From: a virus
Taxonomy: Duplodnaviria; Caudoviricetes
Length of the DNA stretch: 57,895 nucleotides
IMG/VR virus record: IMGVR_UViG_3300037508_000466
Location: 1-57,895 of that record
Direction: 5' to 3' (one strand)
In this document: positions 15,686 to 26,380 of the stretch, one piece after another
How positions within the stretch are numbered: the first letter of the stretch is position 1
How the letters are laid out: each line of letters starts with the position of its first letter
The notes under the pieces: generated by a model
What the model was told of the DNA's origin: nothing
The model's input: only the letters and a program-made list of their open reading frames with translations
The model's database searches: none
Translations under genes and position numbers: made by a program

Positions 15686-15957
15686 AGACTAATGAGCAGT
15701 ACAAGAGGGATATAATAAAAGCTGGGCGCAAGGCTGTGGAGCATCTCATTAAGGTTGCTGAGCAGGAGATTATTACTGGCGGGGAGGATGAGTTGAGTGC
15801 CGATAGGATGAAGAATGCCGCCGCCACCAAGAAACTAGCGATTATGGATGCATTCGATATATTGACGAGGATACAACAGGAGGAGGACATACTGAATGCT
15901 CCTATGGCATCTAATGAAACGCATGGACAGGGATTTGCAGAAAGACGTTCAAAATAG
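15682..15957 (+). CDS. putative terminase small subunit
   Basis: Small helical protein immediately upstream of TerL. Confidence 0.45.
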   Translation: MKTNEQYKRDIIKAGRKAVEHLIKVAEQEIITGGEDELSADRMKNAAATKKLAIMDAFDILTRIQQEEDILNAPMASNETHGQGFAERRSK

Positions 15958-18163
15958 CCTATACAGAGTGCTGCCTGCGCCCGTTCAGAAGAAGAAGTGG
16001 GTGTATGGGTATAATAGGGAGTATGACATTGTCGTTATTTCTAAGGATGGCACTCTCGGGGCTGTATATGAGATATCTGGGTTGAAGATAGGCATACCCG
16101 AGGTGCCTAAGCAGGTGTATCAACGGTCAAGCAAGAAGTCTGAGCAGTATTGGGAGCGGGTGAACTGTCCGCCTCAATTAGAAAAGATAAAGTCAATATT
16201 TCAATGGAATGAGATGCCGCGTGACTTCAAGGAGTCATATGCGCCATACATTGAGTCTGAGTTTGATAAGAGAGATGCAGGAACGTGGTTTATGAACAAT
16301 GGGGTGCCAACATACATGACTGGGGCATACTACATGTACCTTCAGTGGAGTAAGATTGACGTTGGATACCCTGACTTCCGGGAGGCTAATAGGATTTTCT
16401 TCATTTTCTGGGAGGCATGTATGGCTGATAATAGGTCATTCGGTATGTGCTACTTAAAGATTAGGCGTTCCGGGTTCTCGTTTATGAGTTCGTCAATGGC
16501 TGTTAACCTTGGCACATTGTCACGCAATGCTCGTATTGGCATACTATCCAAGACTGGTGCTGATGCCAAGAAGATGTTTACCGATAAGGTCGTGCCTATA
16601 TCAACGAACTACCCGTTCTTCTTCAAGCCAATACAGGATGGTATGGACAAGCCGAAGATGGAACTCGCCTATCGACTACCGGCATCGAAGATAACCCGCA
16701 AGAATATTCACGAGGTTATGTCTGACTCATCGCCGGATGGGCTGAATACGACTATTGACTGGCGCAATACCGCTGACAACAGCTATGACGGTGAGAAGTT
16801 ATTGCTTCTGATACATGATGAAAGTGGAAAGTGGCTGCCACCAGAGAATATCCTCAATAACTGGCGGGTTACTAAAACGACTCTGCGTATAGGCAGTAAG
16901 ATTGTCGGCAAGTGCATGATGGGCTCTACCTGCAATGCCAAGGCTAAAGGAGGCGGGAACTTCAAGGAGTTGTACGATGACTCTGATGTGACCAAGCGAA
17001 ATGCCAATGGTCAGACCAAGAGTGGTATGTACAAGCTGTTCATCCCTATGGAGTGGAACTTCGAGGGGTATATTGATAAGCATGGATGGCCCGTCATTAA
17101 CTCGCCGGCATCCCCTATTGTTGGCGTTGATGATATGGAGATTTATACCGGTGCTGTCAACTATTGGGAGAATGAAGTTCAGTCGCTCAAGTCGGACCAG
17201 GATGCGCTGAATGAGTTTTACAGGCAGTTCCCGCGCACGGAGGCGCATGCGTTTCGTGATGAAAGCCGAATGTCGCTATTCAATCTGACCAAGATATATC
17301 AGCAGATTGACTTCAATGACGGCATTATGATTAACACAACGCTAACTCGTGGGTCGTTTCATTGGGCGAACGGCATTCAGGATAGCCGTGTGATATGGAC
17401 TCCTAATAAGACTGGGCGATTCTTAGTCAGTTGGATACCACCCGCTGGGCTTCAAAATAGGGTTATTGACCGCAATGGCAGGAAGTATCCTGGCAATGAG
17501 CACATAGGGTCTTTTGGCTGTGACTCATACGACATATCGGGTGTTGTGGGTGGAGGAGGGTCTAATGGTGCATTACATGGCTTGACTAAGTTCAATGTTG
17601 ATGACGCGCCCAGTGGCATGTTTTTCTTAGAGTACATCGCTCGACCTCAGACTGCTGAGATATTCTTCGAAGATGTGCTGATGGCTTGTGTGTTCTACGG
17701 GATGCCTGTTCTTGCCGAGAACAACAAGCCGAGGCTGTTATACCACTTTAAGAACAGGGGATATAGGGCGTTCTCGCTGAATAGACCTGACAAGCATATA
17801 TCGAAACTATCCAAGACGGAGATTGAACTCGGTGGCATTCCGAACACATCGGAAGATGTCAAGCAGGCTCATGCTGCTGCTATTGAGTCTTACATCGAGA
17901 AGCATGTTGGCTTTGATACCGAGGGCACATATAGAGATCCTGACGACTGTGGGTCTATGTATTTCAACAAAACGCTGATGGACTGGGCTGCGTTTGATAT
18001 CACCAATAGAACGAGGCACGATGCGTCTATAAGCTCTGGACTGGCAATTATGGCGAACCAGAAGCACTTGTATGTGTCAGAAATTAAGTCCTCTAAAATA
18101 AGTATTAACTTTGCCAGATATAATAATGAGAGTTCCTTCAGCCGCATAGAGAAGAATGGATAA
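15896..18163 (+). CDS. terL: terminase large subunit
   Basis: Walker A KIRRSGFS, Walker B LIHDESGK, motif GST, RNase H-like GCDSYD, ENN; true start may be 15923. Confidence 0.9.
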   Translation: MLLWHLMKRMDRDLQKDVQNSLYRVLPAPVQKKKWVYGYNREYDIVVISKDGTLGAVYEISGLKIGIPEVPKQVYQRSSKKSEQYWERVNCPPQLEKIKSIFQWNEMPRDFKESYAPYIESEFDKRDAGTWFMNNGVPTYMTGAYYMYLQWSKIDVGYPDFREANRIFFIFWEACMADNRSFGMCYLKIRRSGFSFMSSSMAVNLGTLSRNARIGILSKTGADAKKMFTDKVVPISTNYPFFFKPIQDGMDKPKMELAYRLPASKITRKNIHEVMSDSSPDGLNTTIDWRNTADNSYDGEKLLLLIHDESGKWLPPENILNNWRVTKTTLRIGSKIVGKCMMGSTCNAKAKGGGNFKELYDDSDVTKRNANGQTKSGMYKLFIPMEWNFEGYIDKHGWPVINSPASPIVGVDDMEIYTGAVNYWENEVQSLKSDQDALNEFYRQFPRTEAHAFRDESRMSLFNLTKIYQQIDFNDGIMINTTLTRGSFHWANGIQDSRVIWTPNKTGRFLVSWIPPAGLQNRVIDRNGRKYPGNEHIGSFGCDSYDISGVVGGGGSNGALHGLTKFNVDDAPSGMFFLEYIARPQTAEIFFEDVLMACVFYGMPVLAENNKPRLLYHFKNRGYRAFSLNRPDKHISKLSKTEIELGGIPNTSEDVKQAHAAAIESYIEKHVGFDTEGTYRDPDDCGSMYFNKTLMDWAAFDITNRTRHDASISSGLAIMANQKHLYVSEIKSSKISINFARYNNESSFSRIEKNG

Positions 18164-20585
18164 ACCAATAATCAATCCTACGTCATTTCCAAACCAATAT
18201 GTGTCCGACATTGAGAAGGGCACGAAGGAGTTTGGACTAAGGATAGGTCAGGCTATTCAGTACGAATGGTTTAGGAAAGACTCTTCTTCGGCGAGGTACT
18301 ACTCTCAGTGGAGGGACATGCACCGACTGCGTTTATACGCACGTGGAGAGCAGTCTGTACAGAAATACAAGGATGAACTCGCTGTTAACGGCGATTTGTC
18401 ATATATGAATCTTGACTGGACCCCAGTGCCAGTGCTACCTAAGTTTGTTGATATCGTGGTGAATGGGATGGGGGACAGGCTGTTCAAGGTTAAGGCGAGG
18501 GCGCAAGACTCTGCGTCTATTCAGAAGCGCCGGGACTTCCAAGAGTCGGTTGAGGTGCAGATGGCTGGTAAGGACATTTTTATGGCTGCTCAGGAGAATT
18601 TCGGTGTCAATCCATGGACTGTCAATCCTGCTGATCTTCCAGAGAATGATGATGAGTTGCAGTTGTTCATGGAGATGAACTACAAGCCTTCTGTTGAGAT
18701 TGCTCAGGAGGAGGCGCTGAATACCATACTTGAGGACAGCAGATATCAGGATGTACGCAGGAGGGTTGAGTATGACCTTATGGTTCTTGGCATCGGGATA
18801 TCGAAGCATGAGTTCAACCCTGGCGATGGGGTTAGGGTTCAGTATGTAGACCCTGCCAATGTGGTGTACAGCTATACTGAAGACCCATACTTCCGTGACT
18901 GCTTCTATTGGGGGGAAGTCAAGACTATCCCTATCTCTGAGCTTACTAAGCTGGACCCTAATCTGACTATTGAGCAGATGCAGGAGATTAGTAAGTATAG
19001 CCAGAATTGGTATGATTACTACAATGTAGCTCAGTTCTACAATAACAGCCTATTTAGGAACGACACTGCAACGCTCTTGTTCTTCAACTACAAGACTACG
19101 CACACTTTTGTGTACAAGAAGAAGACTACCGAGATGGGCGGCTCTCGTATTATTGAGAAGGACGAGAACTTCAATCCTCCTGCCGATATGATGGAGGAGC
19201 AGGGCTTTGAGCGCATCACCAAGACAATCGAGGTGTGGTATGAGGGCGTTATGGTGATGGGCACTAACATTATGTTGCGTTGGCAGTTGATGGAGAATAT
19301 GGTTCGTCCTAAGTCTGCATCTCAAAATGCTATGCCCAACTATGTGGCGTGTGCCCCTAGAATGTATAAGGGCAATATTGAGTCATTGGTACGAAGGATG
19401 ATTCCATTCGTTGACTTGATACAGCTCACTCACCTGAAGATGCAGCAGGTCATCGCTCGTGTTGTCCCTGATGGTGTCTTTATCGACGCTGATGGCATCA
19501 ATGAAGTTGACCTAGGCACAGGCGGCAAGTACACTCCGGAGGATGCGTTGAGGCTATACTTCCAAACGGGTAGTGTTGTTGGTCGTAGTTTCACGCAAGA
19601 TGGCGAGTTCAACCATGCTCGTATTCCTATCCAAGAGCTGACGACAAGTTCTGGCGGTCAGAAACTACAAGCTTTGATTGCGAACTACAATCACTACATG
19701 GACATGATTAGAGCTGTCACTGGTCTTAATGAGGCTCGTGATGCGAGTGTCCCTGATTCGAGGACGTTGGTTGGCGTTCAGAAACTCGCTGCACTTAATT
19801 CCAACACCGCTACGCGACATATTCTTGATGCATCGCTGTACATCACAAAGACGTTGTCAGAAGGACTGGCATGCCGTGTTGCTGACATCCTTGAGTACGC
19901 TCCATTCCGCGAAGAGTTCATAGGTCAGATAGGTAGGTACAATGTGACTATTCTCGATGTTCTGAAGGACTTGTATATCTATGACTTCGGTATCTTCATT
20001 GAGGTTTCTCCGGATGCTGAGGAGCGAGAGCGTATGGAGGCTAGTATACAGATGGCATTGCAGAAAGGGGATATCAACTTAGAGGATGCCATTGACATTC
20101 GTGAAATTAGAAATACGAAGCTGGCGAATCAGTTGCTGAAGATTAAGCGAAAGCAGAAGTTGGAGTCGGACCGCGCCTTCAAGATGCAGGAGCAGCAGAT
20201 GCAGGTTCAGGGGCAGATGGAAACTCAGCGCATGGCTGCGCAGTCGGCTATGCAGAAGATAGAACTTGAGGCTCAGGCTGAAATACGCATTGAGCAAGCG
20301 AAGGTTGCGTTTGCTATTGAGAAGATGAACGCTGAGGCGCAGCAGAAGGCTATGCTGATGGAAAGGGAGTTTCAGTATAACTTACAGTTAGGCAAGATGC
20401 AGAGTGATATGTTGCAACAGCGTGAAACATACAAAGAAGATGAGAAGACAAAGCGTATTGGTATACAGAATAGCCAGCAGTCTAAACTGATAGACCAGCG
20501 CAAGAACAATCTTCCACCATTGTCTTTTGAGAGTAATGAGGACAGCCTTGATGGGTTTGATTTAGCAGAATTTAGCCCTCGTTAG
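18156..20585 (+). CDS. portal protein
   Basis: 809 aa following TerL; LDWTPVPVLPKFVDIVVNG motif; coiled-coil C-terminus. Confidence 0.85.
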   Translation: MDKPIINPTSFPNQYVSDIEKGTKEFGLRIGQAIQYEWFRKDSSSARYYSQWRDMHRLRLYARGEQSVQKYKDELAVNGDLSYMNLDWTPVPVLPKFVDIVVNGMGDRLFKVKARAQDSASIQKRRDFQESVEVQMAGKDIFMAAQENFGVNPWTVNPADLPENDDELQLFMEMNYKPSVEIAQEEALNTILEDSRYQDVRRRVEYDLMVLGIGISKHEFNPGDGVRVQYVDPANVVYSYTEDPYFRDCFYWGEVKTIPISELTKLDPNLTIEQMQEISKYSQNWYDYYNVAQFYNNSLFRNDTATLLFFNYKTTHTFVYKKKTTEMGGSRIIEKDENFNPPADMMEEQGFERITKTIEVWYEGVMVMGTNIMLRWQLMENMVRPKSASQNAMPNYVACAPRMYKGNIESLVRRMIPFVDLIQLTHLKMQQVIARVVPDGVFIDADGINEVDLGTGGKYTPEDALRLYFQTGSVVGRSFTQDGEFNHARIPIQELTTSSGGQKLQALIANYNHYMDMIRAVTGLNEARDASVPDSRTLVGVQKLAALNSNTATRHILDASLYITKTLSEGLACRVADILEYAPFREEFIGQIGRYNVTILDVLKDLYIYDFGIFIEVSPDAEERERMEASIQMALQKGDINLEDAIDIREIRNTKLANQLLKIKRKQKLESDRAFKMQEQQMQVQGQMETQRMAAQSAMQKIELEAQAEIRIEQAKVAFAIEKMNAEAQQKAMLMEREFQYNLQLGKMQSDMLQQRETYKEDEKTKRIGIQNSQQSKLIDQRKNNLPPLSFESNEDSLDGFDLAEFSPR

Positions 20586-20620
20586 AAATTGTTATATATT
20601 TGCACGAAATTTAATATACT

Positions 20621-21679
20621 ATGAAAGTAAGGATATTGACTGATGAAGAGGTGAAAAACCCTTCTGTCCAAGAAAGAGAAGTAGAAGCTCAGAAGGAGCT
20701 AGAACAAAATATGGCGCCGGATCCCGCTCCTAATCCGCAGCCAGAGCAAAAACAGATTGAGGAGCATGACGTTCTTTCATTTATCAAGGAAAGGTACAAA
20801 AAGCCTATCGAAACTCTCGATGAGCTGTTTGAGGCTAGACAGCAGGAGCAGATGCCAGAGGATGTCGCTGCATTCTTCCGTTACAAGAAGGAGACAGGGC
20901 GTGGCATTGAGGACTATGTTAAGCTGAACAGGAACTATGATGAAATTGATGCGGACCAGCTACTTGCTGAGTACACATTAGCTACTGATGAGTTCATCGA
21001 GCGTGAAGATGTAGCCGACGTGTTGGCGGAGAAGTTTGGATATGATGAGGATGCGGATGACGCAGACACAATCAAGAAGAGGAAGTCCGCCAAGAAGCGT
21101 GAGGTTGCGAAGGCTAAGAAATACTTCAATGGTCTTAAGGAGCAGTATAGAGTTCCTGTTGAGTCAACTGCGAACTCGCCGATTGAGACTGAAGATTATA
21201 AACAGTACAAAGAGTACCTAGACAGAGCATCCAGTGAACAGCAGGAGGCTCAGCGTAAGAGTGAGTGGTTCAAGAAAAAGACAGAGGAGCTTTTTTCGCC
21301 TGATTTCAAAGGTTTTGATTTCAGTATTGGAGAGAAAAAGCTCACCTTCATTCCGGCTGATGCGTCTGAGGTCAAGACTCAAAACTCTTCTCCAATGAAT
21401 TTCATATCGAAGTTTTTGGATGAGCAGGGTTTGATAAAAGATCCGGCTGGTTATCACAGGTCTCTATCAATTGCGATGAACCCAGAGAAGTTCGCTAAGT
21501 TCTTTTATGAACAAGGCGCTGCTGACGCGACGCAGGATTTGGCTCAAAAGAGTAAGAATATAAATATGGACATTCGGACTTTTGGACAGCCTGTTAGTAC
21601 TGGTGGATTCAAGGTTGCTGCTGCATCTCCGTCATCGTCTAGAACGGGGGGACTTACCATAAAATCTTTTAAACCTTAA
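20621..21679 (+). CDS. putative scaffolding protein
   Basis: Acidic, helical, between portal and capsid; KFAKFFYEQG.ADA motif. Confidence 0.7.
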   Translation: MKVRILTDEEVKNPSVQEREVEAQKELEQNMAPDPAPNPQPEQKQIEEHDVLSFIKERYKKPIETLDELFEARQQEQMPEDVAAFFRYKKETGRGIEDYVKLNRNYDEIDADQLLAEYTLATDEFIEREDVADVLAEKFGYDEDADDADTIKKRKSAKKREVAKAKKYFNGLKEQYRVPVESTANSPIETEDYKQYKEYLDRASSEQQEAQRKSEWFKKKTEELFSPDFKGFDFSIGEKKLTFIPADASEVKTQNSSPMNFISKFLDEQGLIKDPAGYHRSLSIAMNPEKFAKFFYEQGAADATQDLAQKSKNINMDIRTFGQPVSTGGFKVAAASPSSSRTGGLTIKSFKP

Positions 21680-21691
21680 AAAAACTAAACC

Positions 21692-23179
21692 ATGCCAGTT
21701 AACGCATCCCCTTCATTTGCTTTACAGCCTGCTGCATATAGGCAGACTATTAATACCAATTACATTGGTAGTTCTTCTTTCAACTTTTTAAACCAATATC
21801 TGCCTGACCTCTATGAGAAGGAGTTTGAACGCTACGGCAATCGTAGTATCTCTGGCTTCATGCGTATGGTCGGTGCAGAAATGCCCTGCGCTTCTGACCT
21901 TATTAAATGGGCGGAGCAAGGCCGACTTCACACTAAGTATACCTCATGTACCTGTGCTGCTGCTGCCTCTGGAGCCACCACCCTGACCATTCCTGTGAGC
22001 AACAATAACGCTGCCTCTGGGTATCCACAAGCCAGTCAGCAGGCGCTTACTACGTCTACTACCCCTGGAACTAACTTCAACATTCGTATTGGTCAGACAT
22101 TGCTTCTTCAGAGAGAGAATGGAGCGGGTACTTTTCACGCTGTTGTTTCTGCGATTACTTACGCAAACTCTCTTGCCGCACAAACTGCAACTCTTCAGAT
22201 TTATGAGGATACCAGCACTATTGCTGGAGGCGGCCTTGACACTGGCTCCTGGACGGTGTGGGTATATGGATCTGAGTTTAAGAAGGGCACATCATCTATG
22301 GCAGAGTCATTGATGCCATATGATTTCATCTTTGAAAACAATCCAATCATTTTGAAGGATAAGTACTCTGTGACGGGTTCTGATATGACTCAGATTGGAT
22401 GGGTCGAAGTTACTGGTGAGAACGGTGTTTCGGGATACCTGTGGTATATGAAAGCTGAGCACGACTCTCGCCTTCGTTTCGACGACTACTTGGAGTCTTC
22501 TATGCTTGAGGCAATCCCTGTTGGAGCTGCAAATAGTGGTGCGCTTAGTAATGGCTTCAAAGGAACCAGTGGCGTTTTCCATGCCGTTCAAAATCGCGGC
22601 AATGTATTCAGTGGCGGATTCCCAACTAGCCTTGTTGATTTCGATGCCATCGTGCAGCGTCTTGACAAGCAGGGTGCTATTGAAGAGAACGCGTTGTTCG
22701 TGAACCGCGCTGCCTCATTCGCTATGGATGACTTCTTGGCTGCTCAGAACTCTTACGGTACCGGTGGAACATCTTACGGTCTGTTTGACAATAACGAGCA
22801 GATGGCACTGAACCTCGGATTCCGTGGATTCCGCCGTGGTTATGACTTCTACAAGACTGACTGGAAGTACCTGAATGACCCCACTATGCGTGGTCAGGGC
22901 ACTGCATCAGGAACTGTAGGTGGCGCAATCAATGGTATGCTTGTACCTGCCGGGACAACTAACGTCTATGACGAGGTCATGGGGCAGAATGCTAAGCGTC
23001 CATTCTTGCACGTTCGCTATCGTCAGACAGAGTCCGAAGATCGCAAGTTCAAGACTTGGGTTACTGGGTCTGCTGGTGGTGTTGCAACGACTGGTGATGA
23101 CGTTATGGAAGTGCATTACTTGTCTGAGCGTTGTGTGTGTACCCTTGGCGCAAACAACTTCTTCATCTTTCAATCTTAG
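21692..23179 (+). CDS. major capsid protein
   Basis: Position, size (495 aa), WAEQGRLH, VYGSEFKKG, LNLGF.GFRRG motifs; followed by a strong terminator. Confidence 0.85.
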   Translation: MPVNASPSFALQPAAYRQTINTNYIGSSSFNFLNQYLPDLYEKEFERYGNRSISGFMRMVGAEMPCASDLIKWAEQGRLHTKYTSCTCAAAASGATTLTIPVSNNNAASGYPQASQQALTTSTTPGTNFNIRIGQTLLLQRENGAGTFHAVVSAITYANSLAAQTATLQIYEDTSTIAGGGLDTGSWTVWVYGSEFKKGTSSMAESLMPYDFIFENNPIILKDKYSVTGSDMTQIGWVEVTGENGVSGYLWYMKAEHDSRLRFDDYLESSMLEAIPVGAANSGALSNGFKGTSGVFHAVQNRGNVFSGGFPTSLVDFDAIVQRLDKQGAIEENALFVNRAASFAMDDFLAAQNSYGTGGTSYGLFDNNEQMALNLGFRGFRRGYDFYKTDWKYLNDPTMRGQGTASGTVGGAINGMLVPAGTTNVYDEVMGQNAKRPFLHVRYRQTESEDRKFKTWVTGSAGGVATTGDDVMEVHYLSERCVCTLGANNFFIFQS

Positions 23180-23189
23180 TAATTAGTCA

Positions 23190-23226
23190 GAGAGGGGGTC
23201 ATTATGACTCCCTCTCATTTTTTTTT
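23190..23226 (+). terminator. intrinsic terminator
   Basis: GAGAGGGGGTCA-TTA-TGACTCCCTCTC followed by a T-run. Confidence 0.85.
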
Positions 23227-23241
23227 CTTAAAACCAATTAA

Positions 23242-23961
23242 ATGAAAACTACAGTATACAAACTCATTGGGGGAGCTGCCCCAGACAGTTTCTACCTCGC
23301 AACTAGAAACACGACAGCTAGAAGGCTATATCATTTCGATGGCAAAACAAACAGGGCGCTCCGATATGCGAGGAACCAAAAGAGCCCCTTCGAGGATGAG
23401 CAAGACGGAAACTTTATCTTAGAGCCTATTGTCTTTGAGAACGGGTTTTTAACTGTTTATGAGGACAACCCGGTGTTGCAGCACTTCCTCAGTGTACATC
23501 CTGACAATGGCAAGTTGTTTGAGGAGGTGAATCATCAGAAAGACGCCCAGGAAGAGATTGACTACTACGAGCTTGAGCATGAGGCTACCGCCCGTGTACG
23601 CAGTATGGACATCTCTACATTGGAGAGTATTGCGCGTGTGGCATTGGAGATTGATCCGTCGAAGATGACTACATCAGAACTGAAGCGTGATATGTACCGA
23701 TTCGCCAGAAACAATCCTCAAGACCTCTTGTCTATGGCTAACGACCCGCAAATTGCTCACGAGGGCTTTGTTGCTAAGTTGTTTGATGAGGGGGTTTTGT
23801 CTGCTCGTAAGAATGCTGTGCATTACAACCTCCCAACCAATAAGTCCAAGATGTTGACTGTTCCATTGGACCAGACGCATCATAGTGCTGTCAGTTCGTT
23901 CTTTTTGACTGAAGAGGGTGCTGATGCTATGAAGGTGCTGGAAAAATTCGTCTCGGTCTAA
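23242..23961 (+). CDS. conserved virion-associated hypothetical protein
   Basis: RALRYARNQKSPFEDEQ...PIVFENG motif; follows the major capsid gene. Confidence 0.7.
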   Translation: MKTTVYKLIGGAAPDSFYLATRNTTARRLYHFDGKTNRALRYARNQKSPFEDEQDGNFILEPIVFENGFLTVYEDNPVLQHFLSVHPDNGKLFEEVNHQKDAQEEIDYYELEHEATARVRSMDISTLESIARVALEIDPSKMTTSELKRDMYRFARNNPQDLLSMANDPQIAHEGFVAKLFDEGVLSARKNAVHYNLPTNKSKMLTVPLDQTHHSAVSSFFLTEEGADAMKVLEKFVSV

Positions 23962-23990
23962 ATCGTATTATATTTGCCTAAAATTTAGAT

Positions 23991-24350
23991 ATGGTTAGAT
24001 TTTTAAGAATACCCACCTCTGTTTTAAACTCAGGTGCTGCTGCCGCCACTCAAAGCAATTTATGCCCTATTTATATCAACACTTCTAACTTTGACTTGAT
24101 GTATTCAGCGGATGTTTCTGGGGCGCAAAATTTTACTGATAATCAATTAGTGGTTTCTGCTAGAGGCGGATCTTCGGCATGTGACACTATTGCGTTTGTA
24201 TTTAATTCGGCGGACGCAACGAGGGCTACTCACGCGGCTATTATAAATGCAATTGTAGCATCAAGAAGCGCATCTTCTTCTGGACCTAATAACTATTATG
24301 AGATGCCGGAACTCCCCGGCGGCAGAACGCTTACTATAAACATATCATAA
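23991..24350 (+). CDS. hypothetical protein, paralog 1 of SAD-x-T family
   Basis: Shares motifs with the three downstream ORFs. Confidence 0.7.
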   Translation: MVRFLRIPTSVLNSGAAAATQSNLCPIYINTSNFDLMYSADVSGAQNFTDNQLVVSARGGSSACDTIAFVFNSADATRATHAAIINAIVASRSASSSGPNNYYEMPELPGGRTLTINIS

Positions 24351-24351
24351 A

Positions 24352-24687
24352 ATGGCAAGATTTTTAAGAATACCTAGCGCAACGGTAACAACCGGAACTG
24401 GAGGAGCTGATAATTATATCAACGCCGATTACATTTCAGATATCAGGGCCTTGACTGATGGTGGTCAAATTAAAGTCAGGGTATTTTTTAATGTTTACAA
24501 CACTGCTGCTATTCCTGGGGATCAGTTACTAATGACGATGAGCTCTGCTGATACCACTGGATTTAGTCAAAATGTTATTATCAACAAGTTTATTGAAACT
24601 CAGTCTAATCGACTTGCCCCGACAACAGTAGTAACTTTAGACACTTCTGAAATTGGCAACAGGACAACTACTTTAACTTTTAGCTAA
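24352..24687 (+). CDS. hypothetical protein, paralog 2
   Basis: MARFLRIP...SSADTT. Confidence 0.7.
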   Translation: MARFLRIPSATVTTGTGGADNYINADYISDIRALTDGGQIKVRVFFNVYNTAAIPGDQLLMTMSSADTTGFSQNVIINKFIETQSNRLAPTTVVTLDTSEIGNRTTTLTFS

Positions 24688-24689
24688 TC

Positions 24690-25289
24690 ATGGGAAAATA
24701 TATATCATTTACACCTCTTGTTAGAGGGCCGATTATCACTCAAGCCGTAGATTATACTGGGGCAGCCCCATCTGCTGGAACAAGTTATAATGGAAGCACT
24801 GATGAAATGACGATTACAACAACAAATAGCCATAATCTTGTTGTAGGAAATCCGATTTTAGTTACTTGCGTAGGTGGAGCTGGAGGATGGACTAGTTTAA
24901 CTGGGGAGTATTTTGTTTATGCGACTCCTACTGCTACTACATTCACCATCGTGCCTAAAGCTGGAACAGGATTAACCGTTGGCACTGTTACTGTCGCATC
25001 GGCAAACAGCTCTATTGCATTGCCCACTCTTATAGATGTGGATAATATATTTAGAATGGCTAGAATTAGTGATCTTATATTAGGAATATATCTAGTGGGT
25101 ATTTATGATAGCAATAAGGTTATTAGGGTCGTATTTAATAGCGCGGATTCAACTGGTGCTACGCATAATTTTATCATGAATGAAATAGCAAAATGTAGCA
25201 ACAATGCCTATTTAAGCGGGTTGCCTATCTATGAAATTAATTCGTTGCCTGGTGGCAGAACTTGTAATTTTATTTTTACTCTCACTTAA
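24690..25289 (+). CDS. hypothetical protein, paralog 3 with inserted fibre-type beta-domain
   Basis: FNSADSTGATH...LPGGRT plus a SHNLVVGNPILV...TPTATTFT module. Confidence 0.7.
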   Translation: MGKYISFTPLVRGPIITQAVDYTGAAPSAGTSYNGSTDEMTITTTNSHNLVVGNPILVTCVGGAGGWTSLTGEYFVYATPTATTFTIVPKAGTGLTVGTVTVASANSSIALPTLIDVDNIFRMARISDLILGIYLVGIYDSNKVIRVVFNSADSTGATHNFIMNEIAKCSNNAYLSGLPIYEINSLPGGRTCNFIFTLT

Positions 25290-25309
25290 TAGTTTTTTTT
25301 TTGATAGCG

Positions 25310-25342
25310 GCCACCCTCTGATTTTTCGGGGGGTGGCTTTTT
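25310..25342 (+). terminator. intrinsic terminator
   Basis: GCCACCCTCTGA-TTTT-TCGGGGGGTGGC-TTTTT. Confidence 0.8.
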
Positions 25343-25358
25343 GTTTTATTTTTGTGTC

Positions 25359-25664
25359 GTGGCAAACTATATTTTATTCACGAATGTAACCAACAAGAGC
25401 GGGACGTCCGTACTATTGAGTATTTCTTCTAGTTTCCAGGGGTATTTTTGGCAAAAGTCAAGTACTACTCAGATGGAGTTGGTGGCAAATGCATTTTCAG
25501 TACTTAGTATAGAGTTTTCTGTTGCTGATTCTACGTATTCGTTACATAATTGGCTTATAGGAGAATTTGTAAAGGCTCTTGATTATGTAGACTCTCAAAC
25601 ATATGTGCTGCCTCAATTGCCTGTTGTCAGTGGAGTTCAGGCTTATATAAAAGACATTTTATGA
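25359..25664 (+). CDS. hypothetical protein, paralog 4
   Basis: Start revised to GTG 25359 after TATTTTTG; FSVADSTYSLH...LPQLP. Confidence 0.6.
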   Translation: MANYILFTNVTNKSGTSVLLSISSSFQGYFWQKSSTTQMELVANAFSVLSIEFSVADSTYSLHNWLIGEFVKALDYVDSQTYVLPQLPVVSGVQAYIKDIL

Positions 25665-26380
25665 TAAATGAAGTACGTGCCGCTGTATTGGCTGTTGTTA
25701 ACAAGAACAACTACGGGTATATAACTCCCGGGGATTTTAATCTGTACGCTTACCAAGCGCAGATGGATTTATTCACTGAGTATTTCGATAACTACAACAC
25801 GCTTGTGGCTGCTGAGAATATCCGTAGAGTTGGCACTGAATACGCAGGGCTTAAGCAGATTGCAGAAGAAGTTATTGATAGCTTTAGGGTTGAGTTTACT
25901 CCTACGTTGAGTGGTGGGTTCTTCTTGATTCCTGCCAACTGCTACTACCTGACCAATGTGTACTACGGGAGTAGAGATGTAGAGCGTGTATCTCAATCAA
26001 AGTTGAATATGCTCAATACGTCTAACATTACTGCGCCATCCGTTACGTTTCCGGCATATACGATGACGGGCAGTCCGAATTTAGTTAGCGACACTCTAGA
26101 CTCTAAAATCAAGGTCTATCCAGCGACTATAACTACTGGAGTGACTATTAGTTATGTGAGATATCCTAAGACGCCTAATTGGACATACCTAAGTTTCGGG
26201 CCGCAAAACGACCCTATATTCAATCCCACAGCTCTTGACTACCAGGACTTTGAATTACCTGATTCTGACATACCGAACTTAGTGAGCAAGATATTACAAT
26301 ACGCTGGCGTATCTATCCGCGAGGAGAACGTATATGCATTTGGTACTAAACTAGAACAGAAAGGAGCGCAACCGCAATGA
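25661..26380 (+). CDS. putative head-tail adaptor / tail ring protein
   Basis: VNKNNYGYITP.DFN..A..AQ and Y.RYPK.P.W motifs of crAss-like ring proteins. Confidence 0.65.
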   Translation: MINEVRAAVLAVVNKNNYGYITPGDFNLYAYQAQMDLFTEYFDNYNTLVAAENIRRVGTEYAGLKQIAEEVIDSFRVEFTPTLSGGFFLIPANCYYLTNVYYGSRDVERVSQSKLNMLNTSNITAPSVTFPAYTMTGSPNLVSDTLDSKIKVYPATITTGVTISYVRYPKTPNWTYLSFGPQNDPIFNPTALDYQDFELPDSDIPNLVSKILQYAGVSIREENVYAFGTKLEQKGAQPQ

